Source of the DNA: Eledone cirrhosa | Lineage: Eukaryota | Assembly (NCBI GenBank): GCA_964016885.1 | Contig: OZ024742.1 | Location: forward strand, 51,398,001-51,462,000 | Reading direction: 5' to 3' | Length of the DNA stretch: 64,000 bases | In this document: positions 25,363-40,861 of the stretch, piece after piece | Layout of the letters: each line of letters begins with the position of its first letter | How positions within the stretch are numbered: the stretch's first letter is position 1 | Notes under the pieces: generated by a model | Database searches by the model: none | The model's input: the letters and a program-made list of their open reading frames with translations, nothing else | Told to the model about the DNA's origin: nothing | Translations under genes and position numbers: made by a program

Positions 25363-25995
25363 TATAAAGAATTAGTATATCTACCAACATATTTATACAG
25401 AAGTATACTTATGCTAGCAAGATATATGTTTTGTCTTTGTAACTTTGTGGTTCAATACAAAAATGTACAACAATTATATGAAAGACGTAAAATAAGAAAA
25501 TTATAATAATTAACTTACTTACTTAAGTTTCAGTCCAACTAATTAGTTTCTGAAAGGGGATATACATAGTGTTCAAAACCATGGAGAATTCCTTTCTTCA
25601 TCAGGGAGTCAATTCTCTGCTAAGATCCCACACGATAGGCTGACACAGGGATCTCAAACAAAAATAATTCAGAGAATGGAAAAGAAGCAAGCGCTAACTA
25701 AATTTCAAGACCCTGAACATTTCACTACCTTCCCTGTCAGTGGAAAATTCAAAAGAATCAATCACGTGACATCGAGGTTAATCAGTGAGGAGTGGGGTGT
25801 TAAAAAGACAGTAGCCAACATATTACTATGAATCATAGCAGTAATTCAGGCGAATTTTTGCTCGACAAATAATTTGGAGATAATTATAAAGAATTAATAT
25901 ATCTACCAACATATTTATACAGAAGTATACTTATGCTAGCAAAATATTGGTTTTGTCCTAGTAACTTTGTGGTTCAATACAAAAATGTAGAACAA
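25363..25995 (-). repeat. Unit with ~105-bp direct repeats 522 bp apart enclosing an HHR
   Basis: tataaagaatt...caatacaaaaatgta at ~25363-25467 and ~25885-25988. Confidence 0.75.
25533..25608 (-). ncRNA. Type I HHR with 47-nt helix II and palindromic helix III
   Basis: Minus: UCC-CUGAUGA-a GAAAGG...CCUUUC a-GAAA-CUAAUUAG-UU-GGA. Confidence 0.7.
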
Positions 25996-26010
25996 ATATA
26001 TATATATATG

Positions 26011-26073
<63 letters not shown>

Positions 26074-26084
26074 GTGTGTGTGTG

Positions 26085-26179
<95 letters not shown>

Positions 26180-26407
26180 CTGTTTATCCATGTGCATGTT
26201 ACTTGGTTCAAATTATCCATGGTCAAATGTATTTAAGTGTAACCTCCTTTCAGCTACAAAATATATATGGAAACAAAAGCCTTTAACAGAATTTTATTTC
26301 AAATTCTCCTATATGTTTCTTTTATATTTGTGTGGCCATTCCAGTTTTGGACATATTTCATACAAAATTCTCCCCTCTGACAATTATATATATATATATA
26401 TATATAT

Positions 26408-26492
<85 letters not shown>

Positions 26493-26821
26493 TGGAGAGC
26501 GATAATCAGTCATAGTTTTAAAAACCATTGAGCGGATGTGATTCTTTTAATTTATGTTAGCTTTAAGTTAGCAACTGCAACGTATTTTTTACTATGAAAA
26601 ATACTTTCAGTGTATCAGCTAGGGAGGGAACATTGGAGTTCTTTGTCTGTGGGACTTGAATTTTTATTTGAATTATGCCAGTCGGCTGTGTGACCATTTA
26701 TACCAAAACAATTATTTATAGTTTTTCACTAAATTATTGGCTCTTCCATCCATTTCACTACCCATGTCACTGTATCTCACTCAGTGGTAACTTTAGATTT
26801 CCATCACTCACTCACACAGTC

Positions 26822-26852
<31 letters not shown>

Positions 26853-28849
26853 TGTGTGTGTCGCATTTTACCTATAACGAGTAGAATATATTTGAAACAA
26901 ACCAGACTATTTTAAGACCGAAAATAGCTTCAGAGTTGTCTCGAGGCAAAGACGCTAAAAGGGAAGGAGGTGACCTGGTTGATCCCAGGCTTTTGTAAAT
27001 ATTTTAAGAAATTCAATATAAAAAAATTCCATGTACCCTCCGTGTTCGCCTCATTTTAGAACAGCTCGTGCGCGAATACTTCCATCGGTATGTGTATCGA
27101 TGTCCCTAGTATTTTTCCAATACATCTAAAATTAAAGTTGTTTCTGTCTTCGAACAACGGTAAAAACACTCAATCCCCATGCATTCCCATCATGTTTTAT
27201 TATTTTAGACAACGCCATGTTCAATCCACATAAATCAATAAAATTTAAGATTTCTTCTCATAAATTAATGCATTTCTTCTCTTGCTCATATAGAGATTTT
27301 ATAAAAGTGCTCACCATTTGCCATAACCAACTTCGATTCGGTTAACAGCGGAATCTGTTCTTCGCATGATAATCGTTGCTTAGTATTATTTCTGCTGGCC
27401 TCATCTTTCTGGCTCCCAATTGTACATATATGTCCTTTGCAGCAGTGATGGTGTTGAGGTTACAGTGTCCCTCGTGTGCTTCTGTTCTTGCTGCTGGTAA
27501 TAGTGTTTGCAGTCTATCCTCTCTATACAACAAATAGGAGTTGCGTACTAGTTTCGATAAAACTGACTGTACAGTTCGACCTATAAAATATGTCTCCATG
27601 TTTATATATCAAATTAATAATCAACCGAATAAGGAATACACCGGATTTTTCACAGATTATTTAGTTAAAGTCCAGTGGTCATCGCTTGATTTGCACCGAC
27701 AAGAAAACGAGTCGAAGTATATTGTGTACAACGCTGTAATACTTTTGCCACACAATTATGTGACAAGACAACGTATTTGTCGACGATGTGATGATGTAGA
27801 GCAAAGATGAACTTCCCGGGATTTGAAAACAGTTGTCAAAAAGCCAGAATATATACCGCAAATCATACGACTTTAATGTATTGAACCAAGGAAATATATC
27901 GTATTTCTTTTCAAAACTGATTCAACGTGATACCCATACATAATATCCTTTCGTCTCTGAAATGTTCTTACTCTAAGGTAGACTACAAGAAAACAAGAAA
28001 TTGTACTATTTAGTATTTGAAAACGTTCCAAGATAGTAACAAAAATTGTATACGAGAATTAATATTCTGAAATGTTTAAAAGAATTGGTAAAGCAACAAA
28101 GTTGTCTAAATATCTTGAATCTGAATGCAATTATCAAAATATAAAATGTGTAATAATATTATAAATTTAATATTCTGAAATTAGAAATTGAAATGATTTG
28201 AAATGAAAAAAATAAGACTTTGTGTTATAACTGTCACTGAGAAAATCGAATTGATTTTGTGTCTAAAAGGTGTGTGAGGAGGGTAAGTTCTGGTTTATTG
28301 TTGAAGAACGTCCCAAGATATTTGCCAAATGTAATTGAATTCTATGGTCACTAGAAATAATTAATTCTGTTTATTAGATAATATATCATCGTTATTGTCA
28401 TCGTCATCAGCAACACCAGAGTCTTCCTTCACTTCATTATCATCAACAACATCAACGTCCACCTACAGTTCATTATAATCATCAATTATCATCATAATAA
28501 TCTAGAATGTTATCATTATTTTCTCATTATCCCTATAGGTATTGTTATTATTGTTATTATTGCCATGATTACTAATATTATCAATAATATTATTTTTATG
28601 ATTGGTGGCAGATATTGTGAATTATTTGTTGAATATTTTTGTTTCAAGCTGAGCATAGGATATACATTTATGCTCTAAAGCTAGGAGACCCCATAATATA
28701 TGGGTCAAACGCCCAAATATGTGAAGTTTATGTTTTAGTTTCACGCCTGTAAGCGTTGAAAAATGGAGGGAGAAAAGCCTCTCTTCGAGACAGCTGACAG
28801 GCGACAGCAATACAAAGGTCGACACTAGCGTCACCACCTCCATAGTCAT

Positions 28850-29195
28850 CAGTGTTACCACTACTACCACTGAAGACATCAAGGCCAATATCCCTAACAA
28901 CAACAACGACAACAACAACAACAACAGCAACTAGGACAATGACAACAAAAACAGCAAAAGCAAAAACAATGGCAACAAGAATAGCAACAAATACAGCAAT
29001 AACAACAAAAAAGTCAACAACGACAATAACGGCAACAAAAACAGAAACAGCAGCAACGCCAAAGGCAATGACTGCAGTAGTATAAACAAGAAAGAAATTA
29101 AGAGCAACAACAGTAGCCTCAACGACAGCAGTAAGAGCTACAAAAATAACAAAATCGACAAAACGACATTTGCATCAACGGCGGTAAAAACAACT
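28850..29195. repeat. Degenerate (AAC/AGC)n trinucleotide tract
   Basis: Direct reading; explains T-rich and L-rich spurious ORFs. Confidence 0.8.
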
Positions 29196-31440
29196 AAACT
29201 TCTGAATATGGACTAATACAGATGAATGTTTATCTCAGGCAACTAAACAAGTAAAATAGGATAAAACTTGGGACAACATAAATGTTCCGCCTGAGATGTT
29301 GGAAGCAGCAGAAAGAATATATTAGTGAATATATGAAATTACCGACATTAAATCCCAAAACAGGGAGCTAGCACCACCATCGCAGCGGAGGCTGCTCTGA
29401 CTGGTTTAATGCCATACATTCAACACGTAAAAAGAGCCGAGCATTTTGTGAGCATTTCGAAGTTCTTTAGTTGCGAGAGCCTTGCAAAAATTTACTGTGT
29501 CATTCCCTTATATATATCATATATATATATATGTATGTATGTGTGTTACAGCGCTAAAGACAACTATTAACATGAGTAATTCTGCATAAAAGTTGTGTTG
29601 ACATTAAATTGAATGCGAAGTAGTTTAATATCAATGGCTTTATCAAGACTGAACTCAGCATGAGTATAGTTTTTCTTGTTAAAACAATGCAGTCGCCGAT
29701 ACAATTAAATGTGAGTAATATGAGGAAGTATAGATATATAACTGAATCAGTATCAGAACTAACGTGATTATCATGCAGTCCAGTAGATCACTTTAATGTG
29801 TCTAACTTTCACAATTATGACACTATTAATATAGAAATGACAATATGGTGAATGAAAGAGAGCATCTCAATGGATAATGCTTTCGTCTAACATCTTAACT
29901 ATTGAAACAGAACACGACAAGAACACAAGTTTCTTTATCTTTTCTTTATGAAAGGTTGCCAAAAAGAAATTCATATAAACAACTCATGGATGATAGATTT
30001 GGCAAATATTCATATTTATTGTATTTAAATCAGAATAATGTGACCACGAAAATTATTCTTCTCTCTGTTAACCTCTCATTAAATGCGAGAATTGAAACTT
30101 TTCTTTTCTAGTTGTTTAAGTAGACTCCCACTGTCTTATAATAAATAAGTAATGACATTCATTTATTATTGCTCAAAGAAATCTACCTTGTTCAGTCATA
30201 CGTAACAAGTTAGAGTAATCACATTATTAATACTTTCTTTTTCGCGTCATATCCTATTTCCGTTTTTTTCTTTTGATATTTTTTATTGCTATTTCTGTAG
30301 TTACTGGTAATGTCTATGATTTTATTGTATTGTTGGATTTTAAACGTAGATCAGCAAGGATAGAGTGAATGTAGGCGTTCCATCCATGACCTTTCGTATT
30401 TATATCAAACAGTATATCTAAAATTCCTTTAGGTGGTCCAGTTCTTTTTTCTACAAAATATTAATGTGTGATATTCAAGGAGATTTTGCTGTACTTTCTA
30501 GTCCATTGATCAGAAATGTTATATATGAAACTTTGATGCATTTTTCGTTTTTTCAGTTGCTGCTAGGCTCAGTATATATGATACGCCTAACTTGAGTACA
30601 TCCAATTTACTAATCTATTTCATTATTATCTAATGTTGGAGTTCTTGCTTTGATTCATACTGCATCAGCTACTGTAAGATTTTATATAACAATTTCTATA
30701 CCTAATAAATGGTTTCATGTGTTTCTATACAACAAGTCTACTGCTATTTGGTATTTAAATACTGTTTCAATATTGCATTATATCTAATATTAAAACGATA
30801 GAGCACAGTTTGTATAATGAAGAGATTTTCATATCAAGTATATTGCACTTATCCCCCCCCCCCTCTCTCTATCTCTCTCTCTTCACTCAGAAACCACTAT
30901 GTATAACTATGAAAACGTTGATACATCTACATTTTAAACTATCAAATATTACTTTGGACCTAATTTCACTGTGCTTCTAAATCTATAAAGTCACATAAAT
31001 GTATTTTTATATATTTGTAGTGCATGAGCTCTGGTTGGTTATGTTTGTAGTTCTATAATTGAGATAAAGTATAGAATATCATGCAATTTTCTTTTAATTT
31101 GTCGAACACCATTCAAGCTTCTTCAAAATAAACAAATAATGATGTAAAGTTTTCAAAAGCAATTTGCCACGAAAGCAGTGTTAGCCTATGTAACCACATG
31201 CTGGAAAGTATTATACGATGAAGCACTTTAGATTATGAATGTCTTATGGTATTTCATAACGAACCACACGATTGACAGATAATATGTTGTTCGACTACTC
31301 AGAACAATATCTTATTTTGAAAAATTCATTAATTTGAATGTACCAAGCCACACCAGATTCCTCTTCTTACATGCGACATAAAGAGAAGAATCCTAGAAAA
31401 ATGCTATATTTAAACGCATTATTATTCATATTGTTTGAAC

Positions 31441-31625
31441 GCGGTGGATTGGCAGTATAGGTAGAGGGTCGGACGTCATGCATTGACGCATAGTGTTACG
31501 GCCTTTTCCATTCTGAGTTCAAATCCCGCCGAGGTCAACTTTGCCTTTCATCCTTACGGGGTCGATAAAATGAAGTACCAGTAGTGTACTGGCCTTGGGC
31601 CAAAAGTAGAAACAAGTATTATTCA
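31441..31625 (+). mobile_element. tRNA-derived SINE copy
   Basis: Same family as 12787. Confidence 0.8.
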
Positions 31626-32468
31626 TATTATTTTAAAAATAAATCTATGTATAATTTAAAATGAAATTCAAATATTAATATAAATAAATTGTTACCGACA
31701 AGTTCCAAATGACCTCTGTAAATCCAGCAAATCAATAAACCGGAAATTTCATAATATTTTTAAAATTCATTTAATTAAATTTAGATAAATTACTTGTTCA
31801 CGGGTATTTAAAGATTACTCCAAAATTAGAACATTTCCATAGTTACATGCTACATACGCTAAATGTGGGATGCATCCTCTGCATTATGAACATCTAACAT
31901 CAGAAAATAAACACTTATTAAGAACAATCATTTGATCAAAAGTAGTTTTCCATAAAATGGTAGCTTACATTATATGTATATGTTATCGATAGATTCCTAC
32001 TATATCTGCAGAAATTGATCGCCATCACACTATTTGGTGAAAGTGACGATACTATGTGTTAAATATTTATAACACAATTTATAACACATTTAGCTATCCT
32101 TGGTAATTTGTGAGTTTATTGTACGAAAATAAGATGGTGTCATATCTCTTTGATTTCCTTTATACTGTGTCATGCAGCAACTCGTGTAGACATTAGTTAA
32201 AAATTACATACATGGAGTCGCACATACTCATACACACACACATGCATACACAACACACATACCCCCACCCCACCCCCACCCCAACACACACACACACTAT
32301 ATATATATATATATATATATATTCGTACAATGTATATGTGTGTCTCTACACATTTATAGGAATAACAAGATTGGAAAGTAGCAAAAGCGATAAAATGGTG
32401 AGGATAATGGAAATAGAGGGAGTGACATACACACATAGACACACACACTCACGGACATACACACACAA

Positions 32469-32500
<32 letters not shown>

Positions 32501-32522
32501 GAATGTATATCATATCTCTCTC

Positions 32523-32610
<88 letters not shown>

Positions 32611-33259
32611 TGTTTGTGTGTATGTACGCATAATTAGTTATTCCAGATAAAGATATGGAATCATGGAGAAATAATCACATAATTGCTGCACCCATCAGGC
32701 ATGTATCAAAATAGGCAAGGTGACTAACAGCATAATAATGTATGTATATTTCTGGACTCATAAATGTTTTATTCAAATCGATCAACAATTTCAGTGTGAG
32801 TTCTGATGTGTCAAATAATCGTATGACCCTTGTTCACTTTGGAATATAATATTTAATAGTCCAGTAATTAGTAAAGTGCTTCTTCTCTTCCAACCAGTGT
32901 CTCCCTAGAGTATCACAGATTTCTAGTTCCATCCCTCAATCCGGCACTCTGTGAAAATATATTCAATCATAGTTTACAAATACGAAATAACTAGAAATGT
33001 GGAAGTAATGAATTTATGGCTGAAAACTTCTAATGTACTGTTGTATGTCGTAGTACAAGTGTTCCGTGTTTATGCATTACATATTTATATATCACGTGTT
33101 CCGTGTAAATGAGGTTTTAATGCATCAATGACACGGTGAAAAATTATAAATAGAAATTATGTGGAAGTCTGGCAGTGTGAGTGTATATTTTATGAATATA
33201 GATATGTATGCATACACGTCTGTATATGTATAAACTCATTACAGCGTATGGATATTAAA

Positions 33260-33402
<143 letters not shown>

Positions 33403-33440
33403 AGTTTACGAAATGGAAATGCGGATATATAGAATTTATT

Positions 33441-33557
33441 AGGTAAGAATTGTTTCTATAGTGTATGGGTTACCTATACCTCGCTATTTGAATAATATAC
33501 AAATATTATCATCAACCGAAGGTACACTGTAAGAAAACACACCATGTCGTCAGACCT
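33441..33557 (-). ncRNA. Long-helix-II type I HHR in the PLE 3' pLTR
   Basis: Minus: AGGU-CUGACGA-c AUGGUGUGU...AUACACUAU a-GAAA-CAAUUC-UU-ACCU; helix III palindrome has one substitution. Confidence 0.65.
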
Positions 33558-33967
33558 TTGTATTAGAATGATATGAAAATATTTTATACACTAGATAAAA
33601 GATAAAGAAGGAGGTAGGAAGAGACGGGAATGAGGGAAGTGAGTAAGGTGGAGGGAGTCTTAGGATTTAAGACTGTCAGACTAGTAGAGATTGTGAGGAG
33701 AAAATGTTTTGGCAGCAGTTAGCTTAATGAGGCATGCTGAGGTTGGCGGGGGAGTAGATTCTTCTAGTAGTGTTGTTCGGACAAAATTTAGTTAAAGGGG
33801 TCAAAGTGGTACAGTGTCACAGACAAGTTATTAGGGTTATTATAGTAGCAGGTTATTTCTAAAGGGGTCCAGAAAAACAGTGTTTAGTACTATTATTATA
33901 GAAAGCCATATCTTGTGTATAAACATATAAGACAGAAATTTGCAAACGGTGGTGTAAAAAGGTAACA

Positions 33968-35359
33968 TTATATGCATTTAAAAAAAGAAAAAGTCGTTTT
34001 CAAACGATGGTTACAGTATAGAGAACGTTCAATTTTGCTGTTCAAAAGTTTGTTTACCGACGTTAAAATGCAGTATATCTCTAAATTGCATAACTTGCAG
34101 AATCGATGATTTTGCTGATATGCAGGCGCAGCTGCAATAATTTGCCAATCAAGGGTGAACGCTTGATTGTTCCTCCGAAGCTGCCAGGCTTTATCGGCGA
34201 GGGTTGTTACGGAGCGCATTTTCTCGTGCCTGATCGAAGATCGATGTTGGTATAGGCGAGCCTTGAAAGAAGTTGCGGTACATCCGACGTAATACCATTT
34301 GTTGGTTCCGGAATTTATTGTACATCGGTAGACAATATTGCGTGCTAGGCACTGGTTATTCAGTGGGCACGTACCTGGTTTGGTGCAGTTACAATTATTT
34401 TTATGTTTTGCAGTAGAATCCTGGATAGTTTGGTGGGGTTGTGGTTGCGTGTTAGTGCGTTGTATGTTGCTATGCTGGTGCGCTGAGTCATTAGGGATGT
34501 ACTTATTCAGTATTGCTGAGTTGAGTTTTCTAATTAGTTGTTCTATGTTAGGTGTAGTGGAGTATGAGAGTCTAATGGTGCGCGAGTTAAAGATTTTATA
34601 GTATTTATGTGAAGTTGTAAAGTGTTTATTGATTAGTGTATAGAATTGTGAGATAATCTTAGTGCTAATAGAAGAATTGTACACGGGGTTATACTATATG
34701 TACTCTCTACGTCTGACTCTATTTGCTGGTTTGCACCTATTAGTATGCCTATTGGTGTGTGTGTGTGGTGCAATACTAGTTCGACTTAGATGTGTTTTAT
34801 TCATAGTACTTATGTGGTTATCGTCTAGATATTCTATTTTCTCGCAGTAGCCAGCTTTTCTAAGTGCGTCATTATAATATTCAGCATGCTCGTTGAAGGT
34901 CTGCAAATTAGACGACAGTCGGGAGATCCTTATGGATATATTTTTAGGGATAGATTTAATAATGGAATGAGGATGGTTCGATTTTACATTAACGTACTTA
35001 AGATTTTCATTAAGTTTGTGAAATGGCTCTATATTACCGTTATTAAGGTTGAAGGTGACATCCAAGAAGTTGACCACCTTAAGATTGTGTTCGAAGGTAA
35101 TATTAAGCCCTAGTTCTAAGAAAAGTTTCCTAATGTTTTTACGTCGCCTTTCTAGGTTTTGTTTGTTCATATTCTTGACTAATAGAAGTGTATCGTCGCG
35201 GTATATTCCGCCGTGGAGGTCCGTAAATTCGCTCTGGAGTCTATGGGCTATATAGATCCCAACCAAATCCGTGACCTCCGCCGAATCATTAGAACCCATC
35301 GTAATGTCGAATTCCGAGGGTCTATCCCTGCGGACCCAATAACTATTTTCAAAGTGCAT
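33968..35359 (-). pseudogene. PLE RT/GIY-YIG ORF, interrupted near 34690
   Basis: ORFs 34694-35359 and 33968-34684, separated by a stop (probably W to TAG). Confidence 0.85.
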
Positions 35360-36697
35360 ATATATGCGTCAAATTGCCTGGAAGAGAATTGTGAAATCAA
35401 AAGTTGGAGCCGCAAGGCTCGCGGTCAGGATTGTGGCCTTTAATATATATCATTAACTCCTATTGATAGTCAATACTTTCGATCCCATAGTACCATATCT
35501 GTCAAAAAACGGTTGGTCTGGAAAATGCTTTATTCAGAGCGCACTCAAGAAATATCATGCTGTGGTATCAGCATTGTTAACATCTTATAAATATGTAATA
35601 TAAAAATAAGCACAGAAGTACTGACAGTAAAGATACTACTCACATTATTTCATCCTTACGGGGTCGATAAAATAAAGTACCAGTAATGTACTGGTTAATT
35701 TCTGGCCTTGTGCCAATAATAGAAACAATTATATTAGTAAATTATCTTCCTCATAACTTATACAGCGCTGTTTCGAGTTGAGAGCAACTTCATCAATGTT
35801 CATTAATTAGTAAATTTAAGACGACAATCTTCAATAGTAGACTATCTTATTAATTAGACAACATATTAACAGAATACGTATATATTTTTATTTTTTGTCA
35901 TCCAATGAAGAGATACATCTAAATAGTAAACGTAAATACAAATACAGAACATGTGGTAGACGTCATCATCGGTACGTTGGAGCAGTAAAACAACTTTTAT
36001 ATGTAATCAGTGTTATATAAGTGTACTACACTTTACTACACACTTATAAGTTTTCATACACGAATTCATTAGTCCTATTATTTTAGTAATTTATTTTAAT
36101 TTTTCTACTTTTAAAATTATGTTGTTATTATTTATTTTATTTCGGGTGTTTCTGATTAATTTCCATTTTTTCCATGTTTGCCGTTATTGCGCCATTTTCT
36201 AAATTCTACTGGGAGGAAAAGGATTCCTCATTTTCCCTTTTATCGCAATAATCCATCTAATATAATTAATGTTCTTCACATACATGGTTATTCTCTGATG
36301 GCCTTTGAAACAGTTACATCCATCTATTCTGTTGTTCGTTGGACAGGTTAAATATGTTTCGAAGAAAATTTATTTTTGGTACAAGTCCAGGTAAATTCTG
36401 TTGTGTATCAAGACGACTTATAAAATGTTACTTTCACAGAGATCTATTTGTATGAATTGGAAAGTTTGTTTTACTATATAGTGCTTTAAACCCGTTCAGA
36501 GCGGATTCATACAACGTAACAATATTTTAAATTTACTTGGGTAACCCTTCTCTGAATTAATTCTAATACGGTATTAGAAAGTTAATAAATGTATAGACCA
36601 CAACATTAATTCTGCAAATCATCTATAAGACCCATCGTAAAACATTACAAATATATATATATATATCTTTCTCTCTCTATATATATATATATTTGTA

Positions 36698-36741
<44 letters not shown>

Positions 36742-37785
36742 GTGTGTGTGTCTGCTGGTAGCTATGATGCTTCCATAGGCGGTATGCCGGTTGAGCACTC
36801 ATATATATATACATTACATATATATACATTACATATACATATATATATATATATATAGAGAGAGAAAGAGAGAGAGAGAGATAGAGAGATAGAGAAAGAA
36901 AGATAGGACAGAGAGTGAGAGAGAGAGAGGCAGACAGAGAGACAGGGAGAGAGGGGGAGAGACAGAGAGGGAGAGAGGCAGAGAGCGAGAATATTAACGT
37001 TTCCAAGAAGCAAGTGGCAATGACGTCAATGTTTCAGCTTCGAAAATCCTTCTGGCTACGTCTTATTTTGGGTTCAGTTTCTTTGAATAGTTTATATTGG
37101 TTTAGATAGTGAGAAGCGTTTGGAGTGTTGGCATGCTATTGTGATGAAGTACTAGATGTGATAGCTAGATATGTAGATGGAGAAAACGAGAGATGAGATT
37201 GATAATATTGATGGAGCTTTCGTAAATTTTCGATTTGTTGTTATGTGCAGATATCCACTCGTGTATTATATACATAAATAAAATAAACATAGCATTTATA
37301 TTTATTTGTAAGTAAAATCTAATAATCTATGATTGTTGTAAAATATTATAATCATAATTAATGCATTGTCACTAACCTTTTTCAAAAATTCGAGCAGTTA
37401 TAATTTGTCTATATCTATGGTAAACTGCTTTAATAAGACACTGTTGAAGACTTGTGTAACGTTATCTGCTATGAATTTTGAGTATGATTTCTGTTATTGA
37501 AACTGTCTAATTCGACAAAAAATATGGAATTAATGATATTGAGGAACCTTTTGATCAATGTAGTAGAACGAAATGAAACGTTACCACGTTGATTGATATT
37601 TTCGTAATCTAGGATGACGAAGCAGCTAAACATAAGGATTGAAAAGCGATTGCAAAATCCCTCCCTTAAAATATGCAATAACATTCATTATGCAGTGACA
37701 TAACTGACATCACCTCAAAATTCTCCTGACGGTTTTGACACTCTTCATGAAATATAAATTATACATATATGATTTCTATATATAC

Positions 37786-37875
<90 letters not shown>

Positions 37876-38116
37876 TAGAAAGTGAATTTTTTTTTAATAA
37901 AATGAAAATTAACCGAGGTGTCCTACACGAGTGAAAGTATAAAGAAAAAAAAGATGAAATCGAAAATACAACTGGAGTCTTACTTTTTAAAATATATATA
38001 TATTTACTTGGTTCCTTTACCGGTTTCGCAGTTCTTCTGCTTTTCGAAAATAGAGCTGAGATGGAGGGTCTGTGGTTTTTTCTCACATCTGGTGGGTCTC
38101 TGAATGTTACTTGTTT

Positions 38117-38152
<36 letters not shown>

Positions 38153-38165
38153 CACATTATTGTGA

Positions 38166-38335
38166 AGGCGTGTGGCTGAGTGGTTAGATAATTGGATTCG
38201 CAATAGTAAGGCTGTGAGTTCGATTCCTGGACCAGGCGATGCGTTATGTCCTTGAGCAAGACACTTTATTTCACGTTGCTCCTTCTACCTGGAGTTGCGA
38301 CCGATAGATAGTATTAGCAATTGGAAAGACCAACG
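38166..38335 (+). mobile_element. Second tRNA-derived SINE family
   Basis: A-box TGGCTGAGTGG, B-box GAGTTCGATTCC, core tgtccttgagcaagacacttta. Confidence 0.7.
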
Positions 38336-38385
38336 GAAACATTGTTCCCTCTGTCCGATTTGACGAAAGTCGATCGTTCCTATAC

Positions 38386-38416
<31 letters not shown>

Positions 38417-38445
38417 CATATATATACATATATATATATATATAC

Positions 38446-38491
<46 letters not shown>

Positions 38492-38704
38492 GTGGAGGGT
38501 GGAGGAGTGTAACAAGTTATCGTTATAGGTAATCCAGTTGGAGGTTGTGAGTACTCTGCGTCGTGGCTAGTTTAACTCAACAAGATGTTTCCATAGTTAG
38601 GCAGCTAGTTCGCGGTAATTCCTATCCAGGTTATACTTGAAGTAATAATAGTGAAACAGTGAAGAATAACATGGTTGGCCGTACAACAAGGGGTTTTATT
38701 TCAT

Positions 38705-38823
38705 GTATTAACAATTGTTTCATTGATCAGGTGATCGCTTGAAGTTGCTAATCGCTAATAGCTTGAAGTTGCGTCACTCGATCTCCATTACATTATTTAC
38801 CTCTGACCAACTCCTCAGAATAC
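38705..38823 (-). ncRNA. Type I HHR with 90-nt helix II and palindromic helix III
   Basis: Minus: GUAUU-CUGAGGA-GUUGGUCAG...CUGAUCAAU-GAAA-CAAUUG-UU-AAUAC; helices I, II and III all pair. Confidence 0.8.
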
Positions 38824-40162
38824 GAAAATATAATATATATACATATATACATATAAATATATATATATGTGTGTGTGTGTGTGTATGTCTGTGTGTGTGC
38901 GTGTGTGTGCGTGTGTGTTTCTGTGCGTGTGTGCGTGTGTGCGTTTGCGTGTGTGCGTTTGTGTATGTGCGTGTGTGTATGTATACATATAATTTCTCTT
39001 GGTCCAATATTTGGTTCATCGTAGAGGCCTTTGGTGTAACGGTTGATTTTGTAGATCGCACATTAAACTCTATATAGAATCAGGCACTGGTTAGATATAA
39101 TTCAATGAAATTTGGCACATACAATATTGCAGATGAAAAAGTAATTCAATCGATCGAAGTAGTTACCGTTTGCTTATTCGTAGCATAGTGACGGCCGTTA
39201 TAACCGACCAGACATCTAATCACATTCCTTCCGGGTCAGATAATCCCATATTTATATCGGACAAATACTATATAATTCTGAAAAATCGTTCGTGTCTAAA
39301 TGAATGTACATATACACACACGCACGCACACACACACATACACATACATATATATATATATATATATATGTATGTATATGTCTATATATATAAAAGGTAA
39401 ACAGAAATAACAAAACAAACGGCACAGTATATCGAAGATATATATTAGTTCAACACTTGAATTGAGACCTAACGTTTTGGACACTAGTCTTTCATTTGAA
39501 GATAGGGTTAGAAATAGAAAATAAATAGAAAGTAAAGAGAGATAAGAGGAAGGAACGAGGAAAATTAGAGGGAAAGAGGGAAGAGAAAAATCACACGTGC
39601 GTATTCACTTGACTATCTTCAAGAATGGTGGGTCAATGGTATCATACGCGTTAGTGAGCTTTAGGAAATGAGGTAATCAATGTAAATGTGGGAAGGACAT
39701 GGGAGTATGCGTGTCTGTGTTGATGTGTGTGCGTTTGTTAGAAAGAGAACCCTTGAACCCTGGTGGACTGGCTGCTGTGAGAGTGTGGATGTGTGTTGAG
39801 CGCTAGAACTGTCCGACGTAAGAGGGTATATCAGAATGTATATAAATTTCTACATATACGTGCATAAACACACACATAGTAACAGCCGAGAGGGTCTCTG
39901 TAGAAAAGAGGAGGTAGTAAAATGGTTGTAGCCTGTATCATTACCTGGTGTGATCGTAAGAGAAGCTGCTTAGCTTCATATGCGACGATGCAGTGGTACC
40001 ACCTCAAACGGCTAAGAGACAAGGGGTGATGTCATTACGTGCGTAGGGGTGTATAGAGCCGTATATGTATATAAATGCATATATATATATAAAGAAAAAA
40101 AGATGAAATCGAAAATGCAACTGGAGTCTTATTTTTTTTTAAATATATATATATATATATAT

Positions 40163-40210
<48 letters not shown>

Positions 40211-40228
40211 TAAGTGTGTGTATGTGTG

Positions 40229-40293
<65 letters not shown>

Positions 40294-40519
40294 GTGTGTG
40301 TGTACGTGTGTGTGCGTGTTTGAATATGTATGCGTGCTTTCTTCAGAAGAAAATGTTTCGAGTTACACTGCTTCCTTGGCCGTTTTTTCTATCGAAAGTA
40401 CTCGAACACTCATGATTCAATTCCTGTTATTATTTATTTCCTGTTATGAAACTTTGGCTTAATTTCGAGTTTTCCAGTAAATCCTGACAATTTTCCAGTC
40501 GGTGCGCCAGTTACTCCAC

Positions 40520-40715
40520 AGAAAAAAATGTTTGGGTATTATTTCTGCACAAAGCTTCCACATGTACAAATTGATTCTAAAAATTCTTTGAACTTCATTT
40601 TTATCCATGCCGGTTTCTTCTGCATCAATCAGTATCAACGTTCGCAGTTTGTTCATTTGTTGTTGAGATTGACCTTGCAGAACGAGGGTCGTATTCAACA
40701 TTGAAGTTTTGAAAG
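40520..40715 (-). pseudogene. Mariner/Tc1 transposase N-terminal relic
   Basis: Frames give EYDPRSARSISTTNEQ, AEETGMDKNEVQRI and LYMWKLCAEIIPK, resembling mariner DxPRSGRP, HTH and WVPxxL motifs. Confidence 0.55.
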
Positions 40716-40720
40716 CTTAA

Positions 40721-40754
<34 letters not shown>

Positions 40755-40850
40755 GTAATTGTTTCTACTTTAGGCACAAGGGCAGCAATTACCCAGTGCA
40801 TTACTGGTACTTTATTTTATCGACCCCGTAAGGATGAAAGGCAAAGTCAA
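40755..40850 (-). mobile_element. SINE 3' fragment
   Basis: Reverse complement of the SINE core and tail. Confidence 0.75.
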
Positions 40851-40861
40851 TATATTATATA

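Noticed and set aside
27310-27600. Possible host exon (85-aa ORF, GTGAGC donor-like site on the minus strand)
   Set aside because: No frame runs cleanly from acceptor to donor, and there is no recognisable domain
38010-38055. Minus-strand GCAG/CUGC-GAAA-CCGG-UA
   Set aside because: The CUGANGA half is missing (UCGAAAA); decayed at best
39440-40050. Possible PLE 3' relic with degenerate minimal HHR at ~39465-39500
   Set aside because: Both core halves are mutated and no protein motif was recovered
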